The notes below the pieces were generated by a model. The model was not told the origin of the DNA, ran no database searches, and saw only the letters and a list, made by a program, of their open reading frames with translations. Of a DNA stretch of 64,000 nt, positions 1-9,265 are shown one piece after another. The position numbers were made by a program, and so were the translations under genes. The DNA comes from Escherichia coli (GTDB lineage Bacteria; Pseudomonadota; Gammaproteobacteria; Enterobacterales; Enterobacteriaceae). Within the stretch, counting starts at the first letter, position 1. Each line of letters begins with the position of its first letter. The stretch lies in assembly GCF_046105845.1 (NCBI RefSeq), contig NZ_CP151004.1. The stretch is one strand, 5' to 3'.

Positions 1-689
1 GAGTCCACCATTGATCCGCTTTGATCAACCAGTAAGACCAGTTGCCATTGTTCACTGTGGCGCTTAATGCGGCTGTTAAAGCGGGGGGATTCGATATACA
101 ACTTGCCGTGTTGCGGATGCCAGTGTTGCAGGTTGGCGCGCAGCGTACTTTTGAACTCAAAGTTTCGCGCCAGTGGAATAAATGAGCGGCGACGGCGATC
201 GCGGACACCAGAAAAAGCCTGACGAACTTCCTTTGCCAGTCGCGCCATAATCTCTTCAACAACCTGGTGCACTATCCGGCGGGCGGCAGCCAGCACTTCG
301 GGATTCATCAGATGTTTGGTGTGCAAAACGGCGCGTAGCAGGCTTTCAGAAGGCTGCATACGTTCCAGCACGTCGAGATTCGTCACCACATCTTCAATGC
401 CGTAGCGCAGTACGGCATCGCTTTCCAGCCGCTCGATCACCCGTTGCGGAAACAGCGTGTGAATACTGTTGATCCACTCAGGGGTGGTGAGATTTGAGCC
501 ACCTAATCCACCGGAGCGTTCACCACGCTGGAGCCGTTCAGGATCGCGCCCGTACAGCCACTCCAGCGCGTGGTCTATCTGCCGGGCATTGTCATCCAGC
601 CCACAAAGGGTCGTTTCTGCCGCTTCGCCAAGAATTAATCGCCAGCGTTGTAGCTCACGGATAGTCAGAAGATCGTTCAGTTCAGACAT
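1..689 (-). CDS. yehP: VWA-domain protein, N-terminal portion only (gene continues past window start)
   Basis: Manual minus-strand translation from ATG at 689..687 gives MSELNDLLTIRELQRW...QLVLLVDQSGSMVD, open to the window edge; MIDAS-like DxSGS motif; start overlaps the upstream stop (ATGTCTGA). Confidence 0.8.
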   Translation of the reverse strand, partial: MSELNDLLTIRELQRWRLILGEAAETTLCGLDDNARQIDHALEWLYGRDPERLQRGERSGGLGGSNLTTPEWINSIHTLFPQRVIERLESDAVLRYGIEDVVTNLDVLERMQPSESLLRAVLHTKHLMNPEVLAAARRIVHQVVEEIMARLAKEVRQAFSGVRDRRRRSFIPLARNFEFKSTLRANLQHWHPQHGKLYIESPRFNSRIKRHSEQWQLVLLVDQSGSMVD

Positions 690-2961
690 GGAAAACTCCC
701 CAGTGTTGCAGCGATGCCAGTGCCTGCTGTTCGAGTTGTTGATGATGTGCAATGGCTTGCGGTGGACAATGCAACGGCATTTGCAGCGCTGAAACGGGAA
801 GCTGTGTGAGCTGGTAATGCTCAAGCACCTGATGCGCCAGCGTCCCGCGTTCTCGTGGTGGTAGCCAGGCCATCGCCGCGCGTAAATCGGGCAGGGCGTT
901 AATAAAATCGTCGTCACTCAGTTGATTTAAATGACTACTGAAACCGGCGATAAATGCCGGCTGACAGGCCAGTTGATGGCGGGCCAGCGCCAGCAAACCG
1001 TGCAGCGCTTCGCCGGATTGTGCCGGGGATAATTGCGCCAGCATTGTCAGCGCCGCTTCGGCACTGGCGTTGGGATGTTCCAGACGCATTAGTGCGCCAA
1101 GAGCCGCGCCGCGATCCAGCGCCGGGGCATGAATCGCCTGACTGCGGCGCTCCAGTAAGGCTACCGCCGCAGAAAGCGAAACGCCGGGTAAATTAACGCC
1201 GCTATGTAGATCGCGCAGGATATGGCAAAGCGTCTGCCAGCTATGCAGGTGAGCGTGAAACTCCTTTTCCTCCGGTCTGCCGTTGGATTCACACAGCCAG
1301 AGTGTGCGATCGATAGCCGCGCATAACGTCGTCTGTAATATCTGCGCGCCTTGCATACCGCTAATTTCATCCAGCCGCCATAAGGCGTATAGCACTTCCA
1401 GCGCCTGGCCCATTTCGGCAAACTGATTTTCCTGGGCGATTAATAATGTAAGTTGCTCCAGTAATTGTTGACTGAAGGACGCCAGACCCGCTAACGCCGC
1501 TTGGCTAAGACATGTGGTGATACTGCCGATTCCACCCGCGTCCAGCATATCGGCTTCTAATTTATTGCGTGCGGCTTCCTGGAGTGTGGCACCAAAGCAG
1601 GCGGCCTCAATCAATGCCGCATGCTGGCTAAGCGGGCGGGTTAATTTCCAGCGTTCTTCACCGTTGCCTGCAAGTGTCAGTGTGCTTCCCTGCTGGCGTA
1701 CAACCCCTGGGATCTCCAGTATTGCCAACCGATGTAACACCTGACTTTGCGCCAGTCCATCGGGGGTAAAGCGATTTAAGGTAAGCTCCGCCGGAAGAGA
1801 GATTCCGGTACGTTCCAGTTCGCAGGTGACATCTTTTGGCAGAGGCGGTTGTGGCGTAGAAGGGGCAAGTTTACCGAATCCGTCACCCGCTAATGTGTCT
1901 ATCAACGTTAGCAGAATCGGATCGGTATCGGGATGAATAACGCCGCGATAGCTCCACGGCAGCGGCGCATTCAGGGCTTCTTTAATCAGCGAGCCTGCTA
2001 TGGCATCCAGCCAGTCAGTGCGTAACGGTAGTGTATGACCACGCAACTGTGCCAGTGCCATCGCATGCAGATGAGCGGCAGCCATATCAGCGGTAGAAGC
2101 GGGCAATTTGTGCTGGCGCAAACGGGTAAGGATAGTTTTTAGCAGTTGTTCACCGGCCTGCTGTAGGCCCCACTGCCAGCACCAGTTTTGCCAGACCGGG
2201 GCAGGCATACCAGAAAGGTATCCTGCCAGCACATCAAGGCGCTTTTCACTGTAGGGGGTGAGATAACAACCTGTAACGGCATCATCCAGTAAGAGCAATT
2301 CTGGCGTGTTAATTACCTGCGGACATTCGCGCCACATTTTTGCCAGTGCCGGAGCGTGCCAGCCACCGCAGACAACTAACACGTCGCCATTATTTTGCTG
2401 CATCGCCCATCCAATCCAGCGGGCCATAAAGGCTTCGCGCTGACGATTGAGAACATCTCCGGGGGAGTCGCCCCGCAGTTGGGCAAAATAGTGCGCAAGT
2501 GCAGAGGGTAATGCAGTTTGCTGGCTTTCATCTTCGAACAAGTGATCCCACAGGGTGTCGCTGTTATCCATGCGGGTGGCACGCAGCAGCAAGGTCTGGC
2601 TTTCCTCTTGCGTATCAGGCGAATCGTCCTCTTCTTCACTCTGCGCCCAGCAAGGCAAATCGATGAAGTAAGTTTGTGCCTGAATACGACGAGCGGCTTG
2701 TAGCGCCTGCCACTCCGGCGAAAATTCAGCAAATGGCGTCCAGGCACCACGCCCGGGGGCTACACCGTCCTGATACTGGCAATAACTGTAAATAGCTACC
2801 GGAAGCTGGTGAGCTAACAACAGTTCGTCTACCCGGTCATTAAAATCAGCCGGGCCTTCAATCAACACGTATCGTGGCCGCTGGCTTTCGATTAACGATT
2901 TCACCAGCCGGGCGCAGGCCGGACTATGATGCCGGATGCCGACAATTAACGGCTCGCTCAT
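682..2961 (-). CDS. yehM: Large uncharacterized protein of the yehLMP cluster (759 aa from internal start MSEPLIVGIRHH)
   Basis: ORF 682..3102; the 759-codon version starting at 2961 avoids overlap with the upstream gene; recognised as E. coli YehM. Confidence 0.8.
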   Translation of the reverse strand: MSEPLIVGIRHHSPACARLVKSLIESQRPRYVLIEGPADFNDRVDELLLAHQLPVAIYSYCQYQDGVAPGRGAWTPFAEFSPEWQALQAARRIQAQTYFIDLPCWAQSEEEDDSPDTQEESQTLLLRATRMDNSDTLWDHLFEDESQQTALPSALAHYFAQLRGDSPGDVLNRQREAFMARWIGWAMQQNNGDVLVVCGGWHAPALAKMWRECPQVINTPELLLLDDAVTGCYLTPYSEKRLDVLAGYLSGMPAPVWQNWCWQWGLQQAGEQLLKTILTRLRQHKLPASTADMAAAHLHAMALAQLRGHTLPLRTDWLDAIAGSLIKEALNAPLPWSYRGVIHPDTDPILLTLIDTLAGDGFGKLAPSTPQPPLPKDVTCELERTGISLPAELTLNRFTPDGLAQSQVLHRLAILEIPGVVRQQGSTLTLAGNGEERWKLTRPLSQHAALIEAACFGATLQEAARNKLEADMLDAGGIGSITTCLSQAALAGLASFSQQLLEQLTLLIAQENQFAEMGQALEVLYALWRLDEISGMQGAQILQTTLCAAIDRTLWLCESNGRPEEKEFHAHLHSWQTLCHILRDLHSGVNLPGVSLSAAVALLERRSQAIHAPALDRGAALGALMRLEHPNASAEAALTMLAQLSPAQSGEALHGLLALARHQLACQPAFIAGFSSHLNQLSDDDFINALPDLRAAMAWLPPRERGTLAHQVLEHYQLTQLPVSALQMPLHCPPQAIAHHQQLEQQALASLQHWGVFHV

Positions 2962-2971
2962 GCATCTTTCC

Positions 2972-4060
2972 TCACGGCAGGCGGTGGCGAGCTTGATAAT
3001 AAGACTGCCAGTGAGCTTCTTTATGTGTGGCGACGCGCTGTTCGAAGTAACGGCGCAGACGCGCGCGATCTTCTTCGTTATCTTTGACGATGGTTCCGGC
3101 AATACAGTCCACCAGGTCGGCAGGCTCCCCCGCGCGATTCGCTAAAAACCAGGCGCGGACACCCACAGCATGGGCCACGTTAACGGCTTCAGCGGTGGAC
3201 ATAATCGCTGTCAGTGTATCCATTGACGTTTTCTTTTCGCCGTTGGCACGCAGATCGCGGAACGTGCGCACCAGTAATTCCAGTACCGCGTCAGGCACTT
3301 TATGCGGAATACCGCTATGGGCCAGCAAACGCGCCGAAGCACTGGCGACCAGTTCGAGCTCCTGGGCGAAATCCATAATCGGAAAGACAGTTTCAAAATC
3401 GAAGCGACGCTTTAGCGCAGCACTCATTTCATTGACGCCGCGATCGCGGGTATTGGCAGTGGCAATAATATTAAAGCCTTCCCGCGCATAGAGCTGACTG
3501 GCTTCACCAGTGAGTTCCGGCACCGTCATTACCCTGTCAGAAAGCATACCTAACAGACAGTCTTGTACTTCCAGCGGTGTACGCGTTATCTCTTCAAAAC
3601 GGACAATTTTGCCGTCGCGCATTCCCTGGTAAAGCGGGGCTGGGACCAGCGCTTCCGTTGACGGACCATGGTTGATAAGCAGGGCGTAGTTCCAGCCGTA
3701 CTTGATTTGATCTTCGGTGGTAGATGCGCCGCCCTGGATGGTTAACCCGGCATCGCCGCTAATAGCGGTTGCCAGTAATTCAGACAGGAGAGATTTTGCG
3801 GTACCCGGTTCCCCCACCAACATCAAACCGCGCCCGGTGGCAAGAGTGACTAACATACGTTCGACAGCGGAGGGACTAATCACCACTTTACGGCTAATAT
3901 TTTGCGCGCTATCGCCAAGGATAAAAGCACGGGCCGCAGGCAAACTTAACTGCCAACCGGGCGGGCAAGGTGCGTTATCATTTTGTTTTAATTTTGCCAG
4001 TTCATCGGCGTATAACACAGCAGCAGGCGGACGCTGCAGATGATTATTCTGCGGTGACAT
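2972..4060 (-). CDS. yehL: MoxR-like AAA+ ATPase (Walker A GEPGTAKS)
   Basis: ORF 2972..4126; 362-codon version starts MSPQNNHLQ at 4060; P-loop motif visible. Confidence 0.85.
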   Translation of the reverse strand: MSPQNNHLQRPPAAVLYADELAKLKQNDNAPCPPGWQLSLPAARAFILGDSAQNISRKVVISPSAVERMLVTLATGRGLMLVGEPGTAKSLLSELLATAISGDAGLTIQGGASTTEDQIKYGWNYALLINHGPSTEALVPAPLYQGMRDGKIVRFEEITRTPLEVQDCLLGMLSDRVMTVPELTGEASQLYAREGFNIIATANTRDRGVNEMSAALKRRFDFETVFPIMDFAQELELVASASARLLAHSGIPHKVPDAVLELLVRTFRDLRANGEKKTSMDTLTAIMSTAEAVNVAHAVGVRAWFLANRAGEPADLVDCIAGTIVKDNEEDRARLRRYFEQRVATHKEAHWQSYYQARHRLP

Positions 4061-4138
4061 ATATTCATCCCTGAAATGTATTAATGAAATAAACGATATT
4101 TTACGCGCAATAAATGTTTTGCGCATTAGTTGTTTGAA

Positions 4139-4628
4139 CGGAAAATATCTGGAAAGCAGATCACAGTAAATAAAAAAACCTGCTGGTGAGGCAGGTTCTT
4201 TTATTTACTATTTTCAGGCCCAACACCGCAGCCTGTGCAACATCGTGTTCCAACGAACGAATTATAACCATCGGTGGACCCCGTTGCAATTAAGATAATG
4301 AGATTTATAATCCAGACGGTTGGGACGTTGCGCCGGATCGGACCAATTTCAAGTCCTGGCTACCGGACGGGTGGTGCTGCAGGTGGTGCCCTGATCCGGA
4401 GTGCAACATCGTGGTCCAACATACGTAAACCAGTATCGACAGGCAGTGTAAGGGTAAGGTGCTGGTGTTGCGCTCCTTAATAAGGAGAGCGGATGGACAC
4501 GCAGACACAAAAGTTAACCGTGCTCATTGCTGTACTGGAGCTATTAGTGGCTCTGTTACGGTTGATTGATTTGTTGAAGTAATGGGCAAATTGAAACGCA
4601 TCTAAGGGGGAATACCGCTTCCCCCTTT
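4139..4628 (+). repeat. Type I toxin-antitoxin repeat unit 1 (zor/orz-like), about 490 bp
   Basis: Near-identical to unit 2 at 4751..5240; begins gaaaatatctggaaag, ends with hairpin aagggggaataccgcttccccctt. Confidence 0.7.
4493..4582 (+). CDS. 29-aa hydrophobic type I toxin peptide MDTQTQKLTVLIAVLELLVALLRLIDLLK (ZorO/ZorP-like)
   Basis: AGGAGA ribosome-binding site 7 nt upstream of ATG; absent from ORF track because it is under 60 aa; sequence recalled from memory as Zor-family. Confidence 0.6.
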   Translation: MDTQTQKLTVLIAVLELLVALLRLIDLLK

Positions 4629-4750
4629 AATAAAATGATTACATCTTCCATTAATTCACCTGATAACTTTTTTCTTATTTATAAATTCATCGATTTTATA
4701 ATTAACGTACCATTTCGCCGGGATGTGAATATTTATGGTGGCTATTGGCG

Positions 4751-5240
4751 AAAAATATCTGGAAAGTAGATCGCAGAAAATAAAAGAACCTGCTGGTGAG
4801 GCAGGTTCTTTTATTTACTACTTTGATGTTAAGTTACTGATAGTGCAACATGGCATCTCAACGAACGAATTATAACCACCGCTGGACCGTGTTGCAATTA
4901 AGATAATGAGATTTATAATCCTGACTGTTGGGAAGTTGCGCCGGATCGAACCCATTTCAAGTCCTGGCTACCGGACGGGTGGTGCCGCAGGTAGTGCTCT
5001 GATCCGGAGTGCAACATGGCGACTCAACATACGTAAATCAGTATCGACAGGCAGTGTAAGGGTAAGGTGCTGGTGTTGCGCTCCTTAATAAGGAGAGCGG
5101 ATGGACACGCTGACACAAAAGTTAACCGTGCTCATTGCCGTACTGGAGCTATTAGTGGCTCTGTTACGGTTGATTGATTTGTTGAAGTAATGGGCAAATT
5201 GAAACGCAACTAAGGGGGAAAACCGCTTCCCCCTTTAATA
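4751..5240 (+). repeat. Type I toxin-antitoxin repeat unit 2 (zor/orz-like)
   Basis: Tandem copy of unit 1 with scattered substitutions; terminal hairpin overlaps the 3' end of yehK. Confidence 0.7.
5101..5190 (+). CDS. 29-aa hydrophobic type I toxin peptide MDTLTQKLTVLIAVLELLVALLRLIDLLK (ZorO/ZorP-like)
   Basis: Same ribosome-binding site and frame as copy 1; one Q/L difference at residue 4. Confidence 0.6.
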   Translation: MDTLTQKLTVLIAVLELLVALLRLIDLLK

Positions 5241-5563
5241 AAGTAATATTCTATTAGTTGGTTGAATATATTCTGTAGTTTACGATTAAAAATTGCTATT
5301 ACAGTTTCAGGTGATTCACCTCGTAATTTCCGCTCATCAATACACTCATCTCTTATATAAATCAACGCATCATTTATTAGCGGGTCAGCATCTTCTCGAT
5401 CACGTTGATGAAATGTTGGACGTAGCCGGAATCGCTCCAGTCGATAGACAGAACCTGTAAATAATTCAGAGCGTTTATGGATCTCAAGCCTGAAGGAAAA
5501 CGGCTCTTCAGGTACAGGGGCCTCATAATCGTAAATAGTGATCAGCTCTTTTTGCACGATCAT
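5210..5563 (-). CDS. yehK: Small hypothetical protein; last 8 codons lie inside the repeat hairpin
   Basis: ORF 117 aa between yehI and the repeats; position matches K-12 yehK; exact start and C-terminus uncertain. Confidence 0.55.
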   Translation of the reverse strand: MIVQKELITIYDYEAPVPEEPFSFRLEIHKRSELFTGSVYRLERFRLRPTFHQRDREDADPLINDALIYIRDECIDERKLRGESPETVIAIFNRKLQNIFNQLIEYYFIKGGSGFPP

Positions 5564-5623
5564 CGCTTTTCCCGGTGGCAGGTCGTGTTAATAACGAGCA
5601 GTCGCATCACTGCCCGCTGTGTT

Positions 5624-8600
5624 TTAATGGAAAATAACGTCGGGTGCGCTTAACGCTTCACTCAAATCAAACACATCAAGTTCGGCAAAAGTGACAGATT
5701 TATTGTCACGGTATACACAAAGAGAACGGAAGCTCATTAGCGCTTTGCTATCAACATTGTAGCGGTTAAAACTGGATGAAAACTTAAGGACCAGCCGGTA
5801 CTCGCCCAGGCCATAGACAAATGCGTCCTCATAGCCTGACTCCCAGCCTTTGTATCGCATTCCCATAAGCTGCCCAACGGTAGCGGATTTACCTTCCCAG
5901 CGAGTCAGGCTGTTACTGGTTGACTCGTCAGGCGTGAGCAGCACCGTGCGGCGCGACAACTGGCGAAAAGGCGGCATAATTTCGTAATCGGCAAAAAGCT
6001 GTGCAAATTCACTGCGCATTTCTGCTGTCATTTCTAACGGGTGGGCAATGCCAATCAGAGCATCCGCAGGAAGGTCAATGGGCTCATCCTGCGCATTGCA
6101 GAACTCCCCCTCAGCGGCCACACGAAAGGCGTTGAGTAAACGACGCGGTTCATTTGCCGGATAAACACCCCATATTAATCGCTGAGTAACCAGGCGGGTA
6201 AAGGGATGATTAACAAACAGAGAACGAAAATCTGCCAGCGACCAGCGTCGGATGGTGCGCAGGGCCGTTTCAAGACGCGGGAGCAGGTTTTTGCTCACCT
6301 GAGTAGCATCTTTTTTTAGCCCTTTTAGTCGTGCCAGTGCCTCGGGCGCTTTCAGTTGATCGTCATCGGCGCGCAACCGTGGAACGCTTTTCTGGCGAAC
6401 GTTTTGCTGATCAAAGATAACCGGGTTGAGGTTTTCATCGAAGCGAACGGTAAACTGCCGGGGACCAAAATCAAAACTCAACGCCTGCGGATCATCAAGG
6501 CCCAGTGTTGGGACTAATCTGTCCGCTAACTCTTCCTGGCTTAGCCCGCGATTTTCTGCGACTACCTGAAGAAATTCCGCCGCGTTATCACGTAAGGGGC
6601 GGGATTTCGCCCGTTGCGATATATGATGCAGCTGCATCAGCGCCATATCATTATTCATCAGGGTAAGGATGTTCAGGCCACTGACAGCACGGGCAGATTT
6701 GCCTTCTTGTGGCCAGGCGAGGATCTGTGTCGTCAGATCCCGAGCCGTGCTTTCGTCACCAAAGAGACTTAACGCCAGAAATGCCCAGTTGTCTTTTGCA
6801 GGGGCACCAGCTTGTTGCCAGGCGGTGAAGAGATCCCAGGCAAAAGCTGCGAGCGTTTGTGGTTGGCAAAACGTTTTCAGTTGTTCCAGCCCGCTATAAA
6901 AACGTCCCCCCTGGGTAAAGCGCAGCATTTCGCCGATAATTTCCAGAGCGTCATCGGTAACAGGTTGATTATTAGTGATAAGGCGCGGCCTGGACCACAT
7001 TTGCGGATGCCAGAAATCAGGGGCTTTTGGCATGCGCGCCGGGTAAATTTCCAGCGGGTTCTGGGTAAGTATTTTTTCCAGGGCTGGCCACACATCAGCA
7101 CGATCCCAGCGGTTTGCCACGGTTTGTAGTAATTCGCCATGTCCCTGTTCGTAAAGTAAACGCAGGGCAAATAATGCAGCTTCGCTATTATCGCTGGATT
7201 TAATGAAGACAAGAGGGATAAGTGCAGTAGCCGTATGTTCCGGCCATTGTAAAATCCACTGGCGGGCCAGATCACGCTGCGCCGCGAAACGTCGCCAGAC
7301 GCGGGCAACGGGCAGGGCCAGTTCGGTTGCGCCGAAATTTAAAATTAACGGAAATGTTTCTTTTGGACGATGTGAAAAAGCCAACAGCAGACCTGGTAGA
7401 GCATCCAATCCGAAGATACTGAGAAAATAGTCCTCACCCGCAGACAGATGCTTTTTCTCATTGATACGTAGCCAGAAAGTCAAAGCCATCTCACGCGGCA
7501 ACTGCGCCAATAAATACAGGTTCCAGATACTCTTTTCCCGACGATAGCGTGAGTAGCTGTCATTTTCCCATATGTTAATTAACACTTCTACGTGACCGCT
7601 GCGAAGCGCCTGTTCTGCTAATTGAGCTTCCGGGGAGCTCCAGCCATTCATGATCTCTTCAACCCGCCCTGGGTAGTAATGCCACTGAACAATGAGTGAA
7701 TTGCGTGCAGCATCCAGTTTTCCGGGGAGTATATAATTCAAAAACAGCCATACATCATCTCCAAAACCCAGCTCCTGTAGTACAACTCGTCCACTTTTAT
7801 GTTCCATGCGTTCCGCAAGAGATTCCGTGCTGAAATAACGGGCAGACTCAGTGGCGGCAAGCCTCTCTCGTTCGCCTGGTTGCCAGTAAACTTGCGGCGT
7901 TAATTCGAACGGTGCCAAATCAAGACGTGGAACTGTCATTTTTTTCTTACTACGCCACGGTGGTGAAACGAGGATTTCAGGCAGATTGCTGTTATCGGTG
8001 CCATCAATAACCGGTTTGGGCGGTGCCGATAAATAACTATTCAGCACTGCCCGGGCTTGAGTACTTAACCACGGCATCACTTCTGCTGCCAGTTGTGGCT
8101 GCGATGCCATCAGCGTTTGTAACAGTGTACGCCAGTATTCATCTCGAGCTTTTTGCTGTGCAGGCAGCTTTTTGTCTTCGATGATTGGATAACCAGGGCG
8201 CGCAGGTGGTTCTTTTAGCGCCAGAAGCTCTGCCAGTGCGGCAAGCGTCGCATGGGGGAAATTTTTACTGTATTTAGCTACACGTTGCAGGCTGGGTTTG
8301 TTTTTATCAGCAACTAACAGCAGGGTGCGGATGACCTGCGGATGGTTAATTTGTACCAGCAGACTGCCGCAATCTTCTTTATGGGCATACATTGCCAGGC
8401 GTGGAACGGCTGCCAGTCCTTGTTCGCGCAAAAGGGCAGCGCAGGCCGCGTAGCCGAAGTGGTTTTCATGCGACATGTAGCTGGCTTCCCGATCGCTAAA
8501 TATATCCTGGCTCCAGTAGCGTTCGAGTTTTTTCACCGCTCTGGGGTCATTAGCAACAACTTTTAACCACTCCTTAGAATGAAAATGAGTCCGCGGGCAT

Positions 8601-9256
8601 TCAAGGTCTACCAACTCATTGGCGATTTCTGGTTTTTCCGGGAGGATCAGCGCAATAAAAGGGCGGCGAACTTTGGTTATTCCTGGCAGTGCGGCAATGA
8701 GTTTGTCGGCGCAACGCTGCCAGCTGCTTTCCTCTGCCAGAGAGAGATGCTTACGCAGTCGGAGATCGAATTCGTTATAGGTTTCTGAGCGATAACCATA
8801 GCCATAATCCTCGTCCTGATACTGCAATGTCACTAGCAGAGGATCACTTTCATAACACCGTGCAATAAACTGGCGTGCAATCACCACCTCAGTCGCATAT
8901 TCCAGTCCCTCTTGTTGGACGATTTCGTCGAGCAACTGTTGGCTATCATTTTGCGCGATACAGGCTAGCGCCGCCATTGTCCGGGCCGGAACTGAGGGTT
9001 TGTGTTCTCCGATCAAGTTGATGGCCTGCGTAATGGCCGACTGCCACTCCAGTGAAAAATTTTCATAACGCCAGACAATGTTTTTTTTCTTCTCAGCTTT
9101 TTGTAGCAATTCATCACCCAGTGTCTGGATGAGGCTTTCAGTGATAACAGGCACTGGTTCGCCCGGCCAACTGCGATGGCTGAGCGGCGTTTTGCCTTTT
9201 TTATATTTCAGTTCCACTTGGGCGTTATCCGCCAGCCACGGTAATTCCTTGTCCAT
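5624..9256 (-). CDS. yehI: 1210-aa uncharacterized protein, paralog of MolR (DUF4132-type C-terminal region)
   Basis: Single long ORF; strong similarity to the adjacent molR reading frame. Confidence 0.85.
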   Translation of the reverse strand: MDKELPWLADNAQVELKYKKGKTPLSHRSWPGEPVPVITESLIQTLGDELLQKAEKKKNIVWRYENFSLEWQSAITQAINLIGEHKPSVPARTMAALACIAQNDSQQLLDEIVQQEGLEYATEVVIARQFIARCYESDPLLVTLQYQDEDYGYGYRSETYNEFDLRLRKHLSLAEESSWQRCADKLIAALPGITKVRRPFIALILPEKPEIANELVDLECPRTHFHSKEWLKVVANDPRAVKKLERYWSQDIFSDREASYMSHENHFGYAACAALLREQGLAAVPRLAMYAHKEDCGSLLVQINHPQVIRTLLLVADKNKPSLQRVAKYSKNFPHATLAALAELLALKEPPARPGYPIIEDKKLPAQQKARDEYWRTLLQTLMASQPQLAAEVMPWLSTQARAVLNSYLSAPPKPVIDGTDNSNLPEILVSPPWRSKKKMTVPRLDLAPFELTPQVYWQPGERERLAATESARYFSTESLAERMEHKSGRVVLQELGFGDDVWLFLNYILPGKLDAARNSLIVQWHYYPGRVEEIMNGWSSPEAQLAEQALRSGHVEVLINIWENDSYSRYRREKSIWNLYLLAQLPREMALTFWLRINEKKHLSAGEDYFLSIFGLDALPGLLLAFSHRPKETFPLILNFGATELALPVARVWRRFAAQRDLARQWILQWPEHTATALIPLVFIKSSDNSEAALFALRLLYEQGHGELLQTVANRWDRADVWPALEKILTQNPLEIYPARMPKAPDFWHPQMWSRPRLITNNQPVTDDALEIIGEMLRFTQGGRFYSGLEQLKTFCQPQTLAAFAWDLFTAWQQAGAPAKDNWAFLALSLFGDESTARDLTTQILAWPQEGKSARAVSGLNILTLMNNDMALMQLHHISQRAKSRPLRDNAAEFLQVVAENRGLSQEELADRLVPTLGLDDPQALSFDFGPRQFTVRFDENLNPVIFDQQNVRQKSVPRLRADDDQLKAPEALARLKGLKKDATQVSKNLLPRLETALRTIRRWSLADFRSLFVNHPFTRLVTQRLIWGVYPANEPRRLLNAFRVAAEGEFCNAQDEPIDLPADALIGIAHPLEMTAEMRSEFAQLFADYEIMPPFRQLSRRTVLLTPDESTSNSLTRWEGKSATVGQLMGMRYKGWESGYEDAFVYGLGEYRLVLKFSSSFNRYNVDSKALMSFRSLCVYRDNKSVTFAELDVFDLSEALSAPDVIFH

Positions 9257-9265
9257 GCTCTTTCC

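Noticed and set aside
469-792. 107-aa plus-strand ORF
   Set aside because: Lies entirely antisense to the yehP/yehM junction, Arg/Ser-rich with low complexity; shadow ORF
4274-4480. 68-aa and 60-aa plus-strand ORFs (also 4906..5088) inside the toxin repeat units
   Set aside because: They fall in the long 5' UTR ahead of the true 29-aa toxin ORF, lack a ribosome-binding site, and are Gly/Arg-rich; the short ORF with AGGAGA is the credible coding unit
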